NCBI GenBank assembly: GCA_050331735.1
Contig: JBHJGN010000039.1
Coordinates: 1-64,000 of the forward strand
Reading direction: 5' to 3'
DNA: 64,000 bases
DNA from: Cyanophyceae cyanobacterium
GTDB taxonomy: Bacteria > Cyanobacteriota > Cyanobacteriia > Cyanobacteriales > JBHJGN01
Every line of letters begins with the position of its first letter. Position 1 is the first letter of the stretch. Made by a program: the position numbers and the translations under genes. The notes beneath the pieces were generated by a model. It was not told where the DNA came from. It saw only the letters and a program-made list of their open reading frames with translations, and made no database searches. This document shows positions 19,367 to 31,719 of the stretch, piece after piece.

Positions 19367-19592
19367 GCGAGGCGATCGCTCTTTCATCACCATTAGAGCC
19401 TGAGTCGCCCTCGCCAGACTGGGTGACTCTTCCCTGGTAACTGACGTTCCCTCAACAACTGTTATGCTTTGGGGCGAGGAGCGAGAGCGAATCAAAGCTG
19501 CTAATTGGGCAATACACTAGGTGATAGAGTATGGCGTTTGCTGACGCGCTCTTTCATTTTCCGCCCCAATTCTCTGTTTGTAATCTCGAGCG

Positions 19593-20396
19593 ATGGTCGT
19601 TGATATTCTCATTCCTACTTACAATCGTTCTGCTGCTTTAGCCGTAACCCTCACCAGCCTGTGCGCTCAAACTTACCGTGATTTCCACGTGATCCTTTCC
19701 GACCAAACTGAAGGGAGTGATGCCGTTGCTACAGGTGAAGTTCAAGCGGCCATGCGAGTGCTTCAGGCTCATGGTTGCAAAGTGATTGCCCATAAACACT
19801 TGCCTCGCCGCGGCATTGCTGAACAGCGACACTTCTTACTCGAGCAGGCAACGGCTCCCTTTGTTCTGTGTCTCGATGACGATTTAATTTTAGAACCCTA
19901 TGTGCTTCAGAAGTTACTAACAGCGATACAAGAAGAACAGTGCGGCTTTGTTGGCAGCGCGATGGTAGGACTCAGCTTTATTCATGATGTCCGTCCTCAC
20001 GAACAGCAGCTTGAGTTTTGGAATACTGCGGTTCAACCGGAACGAGTTCGGTCAGGAACACCGGAGTGGGAACGATGGCGACTGCATAACGCGGCTAATC
20101 TCTATCATATTCAGCAGCGCTACCAGATCACTCCCGATGCGCCCAAAAAGTATAAAGTGGCTTGGATTGCGGGATGCGTACTGTTTGACCGCTTAAAACT
20201 GCTAGACGTAGGGGGCTTTAGCTTCTGGAAAGAGCTCCCTCCTAACGCCTGCGGTGAAGATGTTTTGACGCAGCTCCGGGTAATGGCAAAGCACGGAGGC
20301 TGTGGACTTCTCCCATCCGGTGTCTATCATCAGGAGTTGCCGACAACTATTGTTGACCGCTCTCAAGATGCTCCCCATCTACTGCCGCTGCCATAA
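19593..20396 (+). CDS. Glycosyltransferase family 2
   Basis: ILIPTYNR, LDDD (DxD), GED. Confidence 0.88.
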   Translation: MVVDILIPTYNRSAALAVTLTSLCAQTYRDFHVILSDQTEGSDAVATGEVQAAMRVLQAHGCKVIAHKHLPRRGIAEQRHFLLEQATAPFVLCLDDDLILEPYVLQKLLTAIQEEQCGFVGSAMVGLSFIHDVRPHEQQLEFWNTAVQPERVRSGTPEWERWRLHNAANLYHIQQRYQITPDAPKKYKVAWIAGCVLFDRLKLLDVGGFSFWKELPPNACGEDVLTQLRVMAKHGGCGLLPSGVYHQELPTTIVDRSQDAPHLLPLP

Positions 20397-20717
20397 CCCT
20401 AACGCAGCCTGACAGTCTGTATGAAAGTTTGCTGTAACGAAGCGAAGAAGAGCAGCACCAGCCATTCTTCGCCATTTTTTGGTGGGTTTTGTTGTTCGAT
20501 GCCAAAGCCATGACTACCTTCCCTTTGTGCTGGCCTTCCCCATTCAACGGATAGGAACCATCTATTACCGCTTTGATGCCTTTCTAACAAAAATCGACCG
20601 AAAGAGACAGGCTTTTTTAGCCGTAATCATTAAGATCTCTTAAGGTGGCCCTTTTAAAATAGGGTCGGCGAAATTCGTCACTGTACCAAATGAAAGTCAA
20701 GGGAGACGGTGCTGTAA

Positions 20718-22676
20718 ATGCTGCCTACTGAAGGAAGAATTAGAGTCCAGATTGAAGGAGTCTCACCAGAAATTGATGGAGGTCGTTTTCCGATTAAAAG
20801 AACCGTTGGTGACAAAGTTCACGTTGAGGTAGATATGTTCGCAGACGGTCATGACTTAGTGGCTGGCGCGATTCTTTACCGTCCAGAATCGTCCGAGCAG
20901 TGGTTAGAAGCTCCCCTCTCGACCCTGGTCAATGATCGCTGGCAAGGAGAATTTACGGTTTCTGAAATCGGTAGATACGTCTACACCGTTGCTGGTTGGG
21001 TCGATCACTTTCAAACCTGGCGGCGCGGCTTACTCAAGAAGCTAGACGCAGGGCAGGATGTATCAGTCGATTGGCTAATTGGTGCTAATCTAGCCGAACA
21101 GGCCAGTCGGAGAGCTTCTGGACGCGAAGCAGAAATTCTCACCGATTGGGTGGCAAAAGTCCGTTCCTGGCAAAAAGAAGGAGCCGTTCCTAAACTGGAA
21201 GAAGCGTTAAGTGAGGACGTTGTTGCCATTGCCGTAGAGCACTATGACCGAGAATTAATAGCCACCTACGGCAAAGAGCTGAAGGTAACGGTTGACCGAG
21301 AACGCGCTCGCTTCAGCACCTGGTACGAGATGTTCCCTCGCTCCTGCGGCTCTCCAGAAAAGCACGGCACCTTCGCTGACTGTGAGGAGCGACTTCCCTA
21401 TATCGCCTCTATGGGCTTCGACGTCCTCTATCTACCGCCTATCCACCCCATCGGCTTCACCTTTCGCAAAGGTAAAAATAATATTCCCGTCGCCGAGCAA
21501 GAGGATGTGGGCGTTCCTTGGGGCATTGGCGCACCGGAAGGGGGGCACAAAGCCATTCATCCCGATTTGGGCACTCTCGAGGACTTTCGTCGCTTTGTGG
21601 CTAAAGCCAAAGAACACGGTATTGAAGTGGCCTTAGATTTGGCCTATCAGTGTTCTCCAGACCACCCCTACGTTCGCGAACATCCCCAGTGGTTTAAGAA
21701 AAGACCGGATGGAACGATTCAGTACGCCGAAAATCCGCCGAAAAAGTACGAAGACATCTATCCAATCGATTTTGAAACCGCCGACTGGAAGAACCTGTGG
21801 ACAGAACTAAAGAGCGTCATCGAGTATTGGGTCGAGCAGGGAGTTCACATCTTTCGGGTGGACAATCCTCACACTAAATCCTTTAACTACTGGGAGTGGG
21901 CGATCGCAGACCTCAAACAGCGTTATCCTGACCTAATTTTTCTGTCTGAAGCCTTTACCCGACCGAAAGTAATGTATCGCTTAGCAAAGTTGGGCTTTAC
22001 CCAGTCCTACACCTATTTCACCTGGCGTAACACCAAGTGGGAACTGACTCAGTATCTCAAAGATCTGACCCAGACAGAAGCCCGAGAGTTTTTCCGACCC
22101 AACTTCTGGCCCAATACCCCAGATATTCTTCACGAATATCTTCAGCACGGCGGTCTGCCTGCGTTTAAAATTCGTTTAGCCCTTGCTGGCACCCTCACGG
22201 CCAACTACGGCATCTACGGACCCGCCTACGAGGTATGTGAAAACCGTCCGCGCCATGAGGGCAGTGAAGAATACTTGGATTCAGAGAAATACCAGCGGCG
22301 AACCTGGGATTTGAATAGTCCCTATAGCATTAAGGACTGGATTACCCGGGTTAACCGAATTCGTCGGAAGCATCCGGCTTTGCAACGCAACGAGAGCATC
22401 GCCTTTCATTCCACAGATAATGAACAGATAATCTGCTATAGCAAGCAGACGGAAGATTTGTCTGACGTGATGCTGATGGTGGTTAACCTCGATCCTCACA
22501 ATACTCAGTCTGCTTGGGTTTCTCTGTCTCTAGAAGGATTAAAAATCGATTCGTATCGTCCTTATCAAGTTCACGATGTGCTCAACGAGGCCCACTATAC
22601 CTGGGAGGGAAGCACCAACTACGTTGAGTTGAATCCTCACGCTACCCCGGCCCATATCTTTTGGGTGAAACAATAA
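20718..22676 (+). CDS. glgE: Alpha-1,4-glucan:maltose-1-phosphate maltosyltransferase (GH13)
   Basis: WYEMFPRS, YLPPIHPIG, QCSPDHP, YAENPPKKYEDIYP, FRVDNPHTK, NTPDIL. Confidence 0.95.
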   Translation: MLPTEGRIRVQIEGVSPEIDGGRFPIKRTVGDKVHVEVDMFADGHDLVAGAILYRPESSEQWLEAPLSTLVNDRWQGEFTVSEIGRYVYTVAGWVDHFQTWRRGLLKKLDAGQDVSVDWLIGANLAEQASRRASGREAEILTDWVAKVRSWQKEGAVPKLEEALSEDVVAIAVEHYDRELIATYGKELKVTVDRERARFSTWYEMFPRSCGSPEKHGTFADCEERLPYIASMGFDVLYLPPIHPIGFTFRKGKNNIPVAEQEDVGVPWGIGAPEGGHKAIHPDLGTLEDFRRFVAKAKEHGIEVALDLAYQCSPDHPYVREHPQWFKKRPDGTIQYAENPPKKYEDIYPIDFETADWKNLWTELKSVIEYWVEQGVHIFRVDNPHTKSFNYWEWAIADLKQRYPDLIFLSEAFTRPKVMYRLAKLGFTQSYTYFTWRNTKWELTQYLKDLTQTEAREFFRPNFWPNTPDILHEYLQHGGLPAFKIRLALAGTLTANYGIYGPAYEVCENRPRHEGSEEYLDSEKYQRRTWDLNSPYSIKDWITRVNRIRRKHPALQRNESIAFHSTDNEQIICYSKQTEDLSDVMLMVVNLDPHNTQSAWVSLSLEGLKIDSYRPYQVHDVLNEAHYTWEGSTNYVELNPHATPAHIFWVKQ

Positions 22677-22750
22677 TGGGGCATAGAGCACGAGGGGATT
22701 GAAAGAAGACCAATGCCCCTGTGTTCTAATCTTAATTTGGAAGTTTTTAT

Positions 22751-24358
22751 ATGAAGTCAACTACTCAATCGCCATCTCCACTGCCTACTTTAAGGATCAA
22801 GAATCGGTGGCAGGAAATCTTTGAAGCAGAGCTGAGGGAGCAGCTTGTCTCTACTTTAAGAGATACTCTCTATACGCGGCGCTGGTTTGGGGGCAAAGCG
22901 AGAAACATTCGCTCAGCTCAGATTGTCGAGTTAATCCCGATTCCGTATCGAGACGCTCAAGCGATGATGGTCTGGCTCCAGGTAGAATATGCAGAAGGCG
23001 ATCGCGAAACCTACGTCCTGCTGCTGGGCTACGCTCCAGGTTCCGCCGCAGATTTACAAAGCCAGATGCCTGCTGTCGTGGCGCAAGTTCGTTCAGGAGC
23101 AGACGCTGGGGTGCTGTTTGAAGCCACCGCCGACCGCGACTTTTTGGTGTTTCCCCTAGAGGCGATCGCTCACTCCCGTCGCTTCTCGGGCCAAGACGGT
23201 CAGCTCGTCGCGTCTCAGACCGAGCTGTTTCCCCCTCTCAGCGGTGGCACCACCGAGCTAGAGCCGCGCTTAATCAAGGGGGAGCAAAGCAACACCTCGA
23301 TTATTTACGGTGATCGCCTGATTCTGAAATTCTTTCGCAAAATTGAGCCCGGTTTGAATCCCGATCTCGAAATTGGGCGCTTCCTCTCCGAGCATGGCTA
23401 TCTCGAACACTTTGCCTCGATCGCTGGCGCGTTGGAATACCAGCGTCCTCAGGCTGAACCGACGACTGTGGCCTCGCTACAGCAGTTTGTGCCCAACAAT
23501 CAAGATGCCTGGAAATATACCCTCGACTGCCTGCAAAAGTTTCTGCAAGCTGAAGAGGAGGTCTCCGTCCCGTCAGAATCTCTCCTGGCTCTGTCCTCAG
23601 CGGGCGTTCCCGAGTCGGTAGTCAATACCATCGGCAGCTATTTAGAAGACGCCAAACTGCTCGGTCAGCGGACTGCCGAACTCCACCGAGCTCTAGCTTC
23701 CGACTCAGGCAACCCTAGCTTTGCTCCAGAACCGTTTACATTGGAGCACCAGCACTCGGTGTACCAGAACCTCCAGGCTCTTGCTAAACAAAATTTCGGG
23801 TTACTGAAGCAGCGGCTCGCTACCCTGTCCCCAGAGAATCAGCAGCTCGCTCGAGCGGTCAGCGATCGCCAATCAGAATTGCTCTCTCGCTTTGAATCAG
23901 TTACCGAGCAGGAAATCTCGGCTCTCCGCACTCGCTGTCATGGAGACTACCATTTGGGGCAGGTTCTCTATACAGGCGACGATTTCATCATCATTGATTT
24001 TGAGGGAGAACCCGCCCGTCCGCTCGCAGAACGGCGCCTGAAGCTCTCTCCGCTGCGCGACGTAGCGGGCATGTTGCAGTCTTTCAATTACGCCGCCAAT
24101 ATGGGTCTGCGTATCGTTGAACCTCAAAACCCACAGATGAAACAGCGAGCGCAGTTTTGGTTCTCCTGGGTCAGTGCTGCTTTCCTCGATGCCTACTTAA
24201 ACACAGCCGGAGACTCGTTTCTTCCTAAAACTCAAGCGGAATTACAGAATCTTCTCGATCTCTATCTGTTTGAGAAAGCGACCTACGAGCTGGGGTATGA
24301 ACTCAACAACCGCCCAGATTGGGTAGATATTCCTTTACAGCGCCTTTTGCAACTTTAA
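22751..24358 (+). CDS. mak: Maltokinase (Pep2/Mak; TreS C-terminal-like)
   Basis: RRWFGGKAR, EQSNTSI, HGDYHLGQVL, IDFEGEP, SPLRDVAGML, YELNNRPDW. Confidence 0.9.
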   Translation: MKSTTQSPSPLPTLRIKNRWQEIFEAELREQLVSTLRDTLYTRRWFGGKARNIRSAQIVELIPIPYRDAQAMMVWLQVEYAEGDRETYVLLLGYAPGSAADLQSQMPAVVAQVRSGADAGVLFEATADRDFLVFPLEAIAHSRRFSGQDGQLVASQTELFPPLSGGTTELEPRLIKGEQSNTSIIYGDRLILKFFRKIEPGLNPDLEIGRFLSEHGYLEHFASIAGALEYQRPQAEPTTVASLQQFVPNNQDAWKYTLDCLQKFLQAEEEVSVPSESLLALSSAGVPESVVNTIGSYLEDAKLLGQRTAELHRALASDSGNPSFAPEPFTLEHQHSVYQNLQALAKQNFGLLKQRLATLSPENQQLARAVSDRQSELLSRFESVTEQEISALRTRCHGDYHLGQVLYTGDDFIIIDFEGEPARPLAERRLKLSPLRDVAGMLQSFNYAANMGLRIVEPQNPQMKQRAQFWFSWVSAAFLDAYLNTAGDSFLPKTQAELQNLLDLYLFEKATYELGYELNNRPDWVDIPLQRLLQL

Positions 24359-24445
24359 AAGAGGCGTCATGTCAAATCCGCTTAATGAATCATCTTTTGA
24401 GAAGAGTTAGTCGTTAGTAGGCAACTGTCTTCATTAATACGACTA

Positions 24446-24528
24446 ACCCTTTGGGTGCCTCCTCCGGAGGAGCTATGCTTACGCCAGTCGCTTATGGGGA
24501 AAACCCCCTTTAGCGGCGCTGGCTCACC
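24446..24528. repeat. Cyanobacterial short dispersed palindromic repeat (SDR/REP-like) between mak and glgB
   Basis: Nested palindromes ACCCTTTGGGT, CTCCTCCGGAGGAG, CGCCAGTCGC..GGGG-AAAA-CCCC..GCGCTGGC; resembles repeats common in filamentous cyanobacteria. Confidence 0.6.
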
Positions 24529-24637
24529 TCTAACTTTCAATGAGACCAGTCGTCATAACCGATTTGAGGCGAGTTCTCCGCCATCCGTCTTGTACTCATC
24601 ACTTTTAAATCCTACTAACCTTCAACCTTTAACCAGC

Positions 24638-26557
<1,920 letters not shown>

Positions 26558-26593
26558 TTAAAAGTGAGAGAGCAGTTAGTAGCATCTTCTAGC

Positions 26594-26737
26594 TAAGACC
26601 ATTTACCGAAAGTAGTCAGATAGTTCCCAAACTAACCAACAATTGGAGGTTCAAGGGCAAAGAGCTGCTGTGCTTCCCTTTCCCCATTCCCCTTTCCCCC
26701 AACTCATCAATCCTATTACTTTTTCTAATTGGTATAA
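26594..26737. mobile_element. MITE-like element, copy 1
   Basis: Near-identical to 56591-56731; imperfect terminal inverted repeats (ACCATTTACCGAAAGTA / TACTTTTTCTAATTGGT) flanked by TAA direct repeats. Confidence 0.75.
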
Positions 26738-26892
26738 GACTGCCCTCTTAACGTTTTTTAAAGATAAAAATCTGATATTGGATTCTATTGTCTCTTACTT
26801 CTCCTGCCATTCGTCGCAATTTTCTGTGATGCGGGCGATCGCCCCTCTGCCAATCGCCCTTGAGGAGGACACTCTTTATGAACAGCGACAGA

Positions 26893-26922
26893 CAAAGACA
26901 AAGGGCGGCCAACGACCGCCCC
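26893..26922 (-). terminator. Intrinsic terminator of the nuclease gene
   Basis: Minus strand GGGCGGTCGTTGGCCGCCC hairpin followed by TTTGTCTTT, about 20 nt after the stop codon. Confidence 0.65.
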
Positions 26923-26940
26923 TCTCGTTCTGCTCTTCAG

Positions 26941-29900
26941 TTAAACGACTGTAAAATCAGCCTCGGTCAGAGCATCGGCACTCACCTCGTTGAGGATAGC
27001 TAGGGTTTCGTCGTTGAAAGCGATCGCCGCGTTACTGCCAGTTTGGCTGATCGTAATCTGGTCAAAGCTCAACTCGGCTAACCCCAGGAGATCCGTTGCC
27101 ACGGCAAAGTCTACAATCGTGTCCGTGCCTTCACCGGAAGCAAGCACAAAGATATCGCTGCCCTCGCCGCCGGAGAAGTCGTCTCCAGTGAGGAGATCGT
27201 CCCCGGCACCGCCGCGCAGCAGATCGTCGCCATCATCCCCAAAGAGGGTATCGTTCCCTGCTCCGCCGAAGAGGTCGTCATTCCCTCCTTTGCCTCCGAG
27301 GCGATCATCGCCTGTGCCGCCCAAGAGAGTGTCGTCGCCGCCGATACCGACCTGGGGGTTCCGGCTGTTGAAGTCGCCCCGCAGCACGTCATCTCCGTCT
27401 CCGCCCAGGATTTGATCACTGCCTAGGCCGCCAGCTACCGTGTCATTGCCGCCAGCTCCATCTAGAGTATTCTCTGCGTCATCGCCCACCAGCAGGTCAT
27501 CGGTATCTGCCGCTGCTTCAACGGCGATCGTGGCCAGAATCGGTTCATGATCGCTGGCGCGACTGGGAACATCTGGAAATTCTGCCGTGACGTGGACAAT
27601 ATCAAACTCAGCCTCATCCACTAGATTCTCGGTCACAAAAATATGATCCAGCGGGGTTGAGTTTCCGTTGGAGAACTGAAAGCTATAGCGCTCTCGTTCT
27701 GGGAGGGTATCCATCAAATTAAAGAGCACCTGTTCGCCCCCGTTGACCGTGCCTTCTGTAATCGGATCCCACTCTTCGTAGTCGAAGCCATTCCAGTCTC
27801 CGGCAATTACAACCTGGGCTTCCGGGTCTTCAGCTAAAATGTCATCGACAAAAGCGTTCAGTGCGGCTCCCTGCTCATTGCGGCTATCCGTGCCACTGCG
27901 AATGACGGGCTGGATGTTACCAAAGTTCTCGATCCCGCCAGCGGTATTGTGAACGCTGATGACCGTCACGGTTTCTCCCCCGAAGGTAAAATCAGCAACG
28001 AGGGGAATGCGGCTGTTATCAAAGGGATTATTGTCAGAAATAGCATCCTGCTGCGTGACGGGGTCAGTGGCCGGGCGCAGGCTTCCCGGTACGAAATCCA
28101 CCCGTTCAGGATTGTAGAGGAAAGCTGTGCGAATGTTGCCGCCGCCTTCACCTCCATTGGTATCGTCTCCAATAAACGGATTATCGAGGAAGGCATAGGC
28201 AGGACCGCCATTGGCAACAATCGTGTCTACCAGCAGTTGCAGAGTTTCATCGGCGGCGACTACCTCGGTCGCTCCGCCCTCATCGGCGGCCCCGTCGTTA
28301 TCCTGAATCTCTTGCAGAGCAACAATATCAGGAGTATTGAGGTTTGTGATAATTTGATTGGCGATCGCCGCAAAGCGACCATTCGCAATATCATCATCTC
28401 CGCCCACCTCTTCCCCGTCGTTGGGGTCAAGATTGAGGACGTTGTAGGCGGCAATCAGCAGCTCGGTTTCCGACCCCTCTAGTTCGCTGACCTCCGGCTC
28501 TAGGGTGCCAGGAGTGACGGTAATAGGCTCGGTCAGCCGGAGTTCGTAGACGGTGCCTGCATAGTCAAGAATCCCCGTGACATCTCCAAGCTCGGATCCG
28601 AGGGGAATGGTGGTGTCGAACTCTTCGAGATCGATCAGTGCCTGGGTAAAATCTACTTCAATCCGTTCGGGGTTAACATCCGCTGTGTAAATATCGGTAG
28701 CGCCCACGCCGATGGTGACGCCGCCGCGGTCGTTGAGGCTATTGGAAGCCGCTCCGCCATCAACAACCACATTGAGGGCATCGTCATTAAAGGTAAAGCC
28801 GGGACCGCCAGGAGGGGCAGAGGGCTGAACGGCAACGGCCTCGTTTAAGGTCACCCGCATTCCTTCTAGGGATTCGTAGAAGTCAATGCCGTCTTGCTCG
28901 GGATCAAAATTCGTGTTACCGACCTCGGGGAGGTTGAGATTGATCGGTCCGCCTGCCGCGACAAACTCATCACTGGTTGGCAGTTCGCCGCTGAGGTCAA
29001 CGCCAAACTCATCGGGACTGACGACAAACTCGTTCGGCACGACTCGACCAGTGCCGCCAATCAGAGTTGGCATCGGCACCTCAGCCTCAGCAAGCACGGT
29101 AATGCTGGGCACGGCAATTTGGGTAACGCCCAGACCGCCGCTGACGGCCTCTTCCACAACTCCAATGACTTCCACTGCGCTGCCTACAGCCAGACCGCTG
29201 GCGATCGCACTCTCGACAAACACAGCATCGGAGGTTGCCTCATCCCCATCGCCAGCCGGGTCTTGCAGGAAGAAGCCGCTGTCAGTGATGGCGGTAATCA
29301 CGCCGGTGGTGCGAACTGTCTCGCCTACGAGGGGAGAAACGTGACCCGCCCCCTGGATAGCAAAAATAGCGGCATCCACCGGCTCGCCGAGGATCGGCTC
29401 GACGGGTTCGCCGGGGGTATCGTCACTGCCAAAGGTAAAGTCACCAATGGCAAAAGACCCAAAGATATCAGGATCGCGGAAAACAAGGCCCGGAACAAAA
29501 TCACCGTCAGGACCGACCGGCGTTTCGCTATAGATGCGACCGCCACCGTCAGCGGTTTCAATGAGCGCTACGCTGTCGATAATCTCGTCCCAGGGAACAA
29601 TGTCTAGTACGCCATCATCATCTAAGTCTAAATCCTGTCCATCGGTGCCAGTAAAGTTCCTCGCCAATAGATGGGTCACGTTATCGCTATTCTCGAAGTT
29701 CAGCAGACCACCAGGGGAACCAAAAGAGCCCACTAAATCGAGACTGCCAACAAAAGGATTGGTCTCTTCTCCAGCGGCAAACAAACCGTCGTCCTGAATC
29801 ACCTGACCGTCTAGATTAACGATGGCTTCAACAACGCCGCTCCCGCCCTCAGCGCTATCGCCGAGGACAACGTAGGTCAAATCATCTAAAGACGTGCCAG

Positions 29901-30573
29901 GAACGCCGCCAAGCTCAAAAAATTCGCCTTCGTCAGCTCCGGGCTGGTCGATGCGAACTTCATTGATGACCAGCGGAGTGGTGTTGGGAACGCCGGGGGT
30001 ATCGTCAATGCTAAAGGTGAAATTAGCAATTTGAAATTCTCCGTCTCCGTCTGGCACTCGGAACACGCCACCCGGCAAAAAATTCCCGTCTGGACCTGCG
30101 ACGGTATTGCTATAAACCTGACCAACTTCTGGTCCCAGGGCTTCGGGAGTAATCAAACCGACAGCATCAATCACCTCCGTCCAGGGTTCAACCTCTAGCA
30201 CACCATCGTTGTTCGTATCGAGATCCTGGTCCAGGCTGCCCGTGAAACCTGTCACAATCAAATGGGTGACAATATCATCATTTTCAAAGCTGAGCAGCCC
30301 GCCGGGGGAGCCAGCAGGACCGACGATATCATAAACGGCAGGATCTGCCGCACTCTCTTCCCCGACGGCAAACGTCCCATCGGGGGTCACCTGACCCGTG
30401 AGGTCTACAATTGCCTCAACAACGCCGGCTACGTCGCCCTCGGCGTCCCCAATGACGATGTAGGTCAAACCATCCAAGTCTGTTCCCGGTTCGCCAAATA
30501 GCTCAAAAAATTCATCAGTATCAGGACCGGCCTGATTGACGCGGAGTTCGTTAATCGCAATGGTCTCACTCAC
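26941..30573 (-). CDS. Large secreted nuclease: two lamin-tail-like domains, OB folds, EEP nuclease and RTX repeats (ExeM/NucH-like)
   Basis: Duplicated INE.R..Q.G.D..EFFEL domains; IQGAGHVSP, GFFLQD, YESLEGMRV; EEP motifs YNVLN, LQEIQ, GDWN, LDHIF, SDHEP; GGxGxD RTX tail; AGGAG RBS before GTG. Confidence 0.88.
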   Translation of the reverse strand: MSETIAINELRVNQAGPDTDEFFELFGEPGTDLDGLTYIVIGDAEGDVAGVVEAIVDLTGQVTPDGTFAVGEESAADPAVYDIVGPAGSPGGLLSFENDDIVTHLIVTGFTGSLDQDLDTNNDGVLEVEPWTEVIDAVGLITPEALGPEVGQVYSNTVAGPDGNFLPGGVFRVPDGDGEFQIANFTFSIDDTPGVPNTTPLVINEVRIDQPGADEGEFFELGGVPGTSLDDLTYVVLGDSAEGGSGVVEAIVNLDGQVIQDDGLFAAGEETNPFVGSLDLVGSFGSPGGLLNFENSDNVTHLLARNFTGTDGQDLDLDDDGVLDIVPWDEIIDSVALIETADGGGRIYSETPVGPDGDFVPGLVFRDPDIFGSFAIGDFTFGSDDTPGEPVEPILGEPVDAAIFAIQGAGHVSPLVGETVRTTGVITAITDSGFFLQDPAGDGDEATSDAVFVESAIASGLAVGSAVEVIGVVEEAVSGGLGVTQIAVPSITVLAEAEVPMPTLIGGTGRVVPNEFVVSPDEFGVDLSGELPTSDEFVAAGGPINLNLPEVGNTNFDPEQDGIDFYESLEGMRVTLNEAVAVQPSAPPGGPGFTFNDDALNVVVDGGAASNSLNDRGGVTIGVGATDIYTADVNPERIEVDFTQALIDLEEFDTTIPLGSELGDVTGILDYAGTVYELRLTEPITVTPGTLEPEVSELEGSETELLIAAYNVLNLDPNDGEEVGGDDDIANGRFAAIANQIITNLNTPDIVALQEIQDNDGAADEGGATEVVAADETLQLLVDTIVANGGPAYAFLDNPFIGDDTNGGEGGGNIRTAFLYNPERVDFVPGSLRPATDPVTQQDAISDNNPFDNSRIPLVADFTFGGETVTVISVHNTAGGIENFGNIQPVIRSGTDSRNEQGAALNAFVDDILAEDPEAQVVIAGDWNGFDYEEWDPITEGTVNGGEQVLFNLMDTLPERERYSFQFSNGNSTPLDHIFVTENLVDEAEFDIVHVTAEFPDVPSRASDHEPILATIAVEAAADTDDLLVGDDAENTLDGAGGNDTVAGGLGSDQILGGDGDDVLRGDFNSRNPQVGIGGDDTLLGGTGDDRLGGKGGNDDLFGGAGNDTLFGDDGDDLLRGGAGDDLLTGDDFSGGEGSDIFVLASGEGTDTIVDFAVATDLLGLAELSFDQITISQTGSNAAIAFNDETLAILNEVSADALTEADFTVV

Positions 30574-30819
30574 TGGAATACTCTCCTGTAAACTTTCTCA
30601 AGGGGATAACAGGGAGGTGCAAGCGCCCTCATAGAACCCAATGGCGCGGCACGATTAGCGCGCCTGGATTGCCCCACGGCTAACGCAGCCGTCACTACGG
30701 GTCTTCTTGAGGCACGACAAACCCTCCCATCGAGCTTGCTTTTAGTGGAAGCCGCCACCTGTGGGCTCACTGCAACAGTAAAGCCCACTTCAACAAACGC
30801 TCATCAGTGTGGCAGCCTG

Positions 30820-30860
30820 AGATTAAAGGGGTGTTGCTATTCACTTAAGGGTGGTTTAAG
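30820..30860 (-). promoter_or_regulatory. Candidate Pho box (SphR-type 11-bp periodic YTTAA repeats)
   Basis: Minus strand CTTAAACC-acc-CTTAAGTG-aat-AGCAACAC-ccc-TTTAATCT, about 250 nt upstream of the nuclease. Confidence 0.5.
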
Positions 30861-30971
30861 CTCGGCCCCCCTAGAACAGGAATTATTGGGAGATAGCCAG
30901 GGCGCGATCTTGAGGAGGCAGAGGGCAGGTTAGAGCGATCGCTTTTTGGTCTTTGAACTCATCTTTCCCAA

Positions 30972-31709
30972 TTAGGCTAATACGTTGAGAAAAATAAAGT
31001 TAGTACAGGTAACCCGCACAAGTTTATAGGGCAAGTTTAAAAAGAACTCCTTAATTTTTTGAGAATTGTCGGCTAAGCCGAAAGTTTGATATTCAATAAT
31101 TACTACTTTCGGCTGATGTTTTTGATAGTCAAAAGATTGCCAAACCTCTATTTCAGTTCCTTCCACGTCTATATCTAATAAGTCTATTTGACCGATTTGA
31201 TACTTTTCTAACACCGTTTCTAATCGGTAAGAAGGCACTTTAATCGTTTTTTTGACCGGAATTTTAAGCCGACCTTTATAGGCTTCTCGGTTAAGAGAAC
31301 TCGAATAATCAGGAAAATAAGCTTGAGAGAAATTGATCTCTCCATCTTGAGCAGATATGGCAGCCGATTCAACATTCGCTCTTGCTTTTTTCAAAAGCTG
31401 AATTTGAGCCGGATCGGCATCGATACAAACCCCCGTCCAGCCGTTCTTTTCAAAAAAATACGTGTTGGAAAGATAGCTCGGATGTCCGGCTCCCACATCG
31501 ACAAACACCCCTCTTTTAGGTAATTTGAGGTGCTTGTAGATATATCTATCTTCTCCAAACTGGGAATGAAACCTAGGATAGTTTACCTCCTGACTATTCA
31601 GCTTAAATACCTGGTTCCTGATGCTGTTAAGCTGGTTCATTGCGATAGATTGAAAAATTTTTGATAGTTTGGTTCCTTGTAAACTCATCTTGGCTTTCTC
31701 CCTTTGCAC
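30972..31709 (-). CDS. FkbM family methyltransferase
   Basis: SQFGED, FVDVGAG, SNTYFFE, IDVEGTE; true start may be a downstream ATG. Confidence 0.88.
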   Translation of the reverse strand: MQREKAKMSLQGTKLSKIFQSIAMNQLNSIRNQVFKLNSQEVNYPRFHSQFGEDRYIYKHLKLPKRGVFVDVGAGHPSYLSNTYFFEKNGWTGVCIDADPAQIQLLKKARANVESAAISAQDGEINFSQAYFPDYSSSLNREAYKGRLKIPVKKTIKVPSYRLETVLEKYQIGQIDLLDIDVEGTEIEVWQSFDYQKHQPKVVIIEYQTFGLADNSQKIKEFFLNLPYKLVRVTCTNFIFLNVLA

Positions 31710-31719
31710 AGTGTTTAGC

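Noticed and set aside
24455..24637. N-terminal extension of GlgB in the ORF track
   Set aside because: It runs through a palindromic dispersed repeat; recognisable GlgB begins at ATG 24638
26643..26954. 103-aa ORF after glgB (and 56630-56845)
   Set aside because: These start or lie within the MITE-like element and overlap a terminator; likely spurious
28894..29607. Long antisense ORFs inside the nuclease, and similar ones in the TpsA, glgB and haloperoxidase genes
   Set aside because: Shadow frames of GC-rich coding sequence with no family signatures
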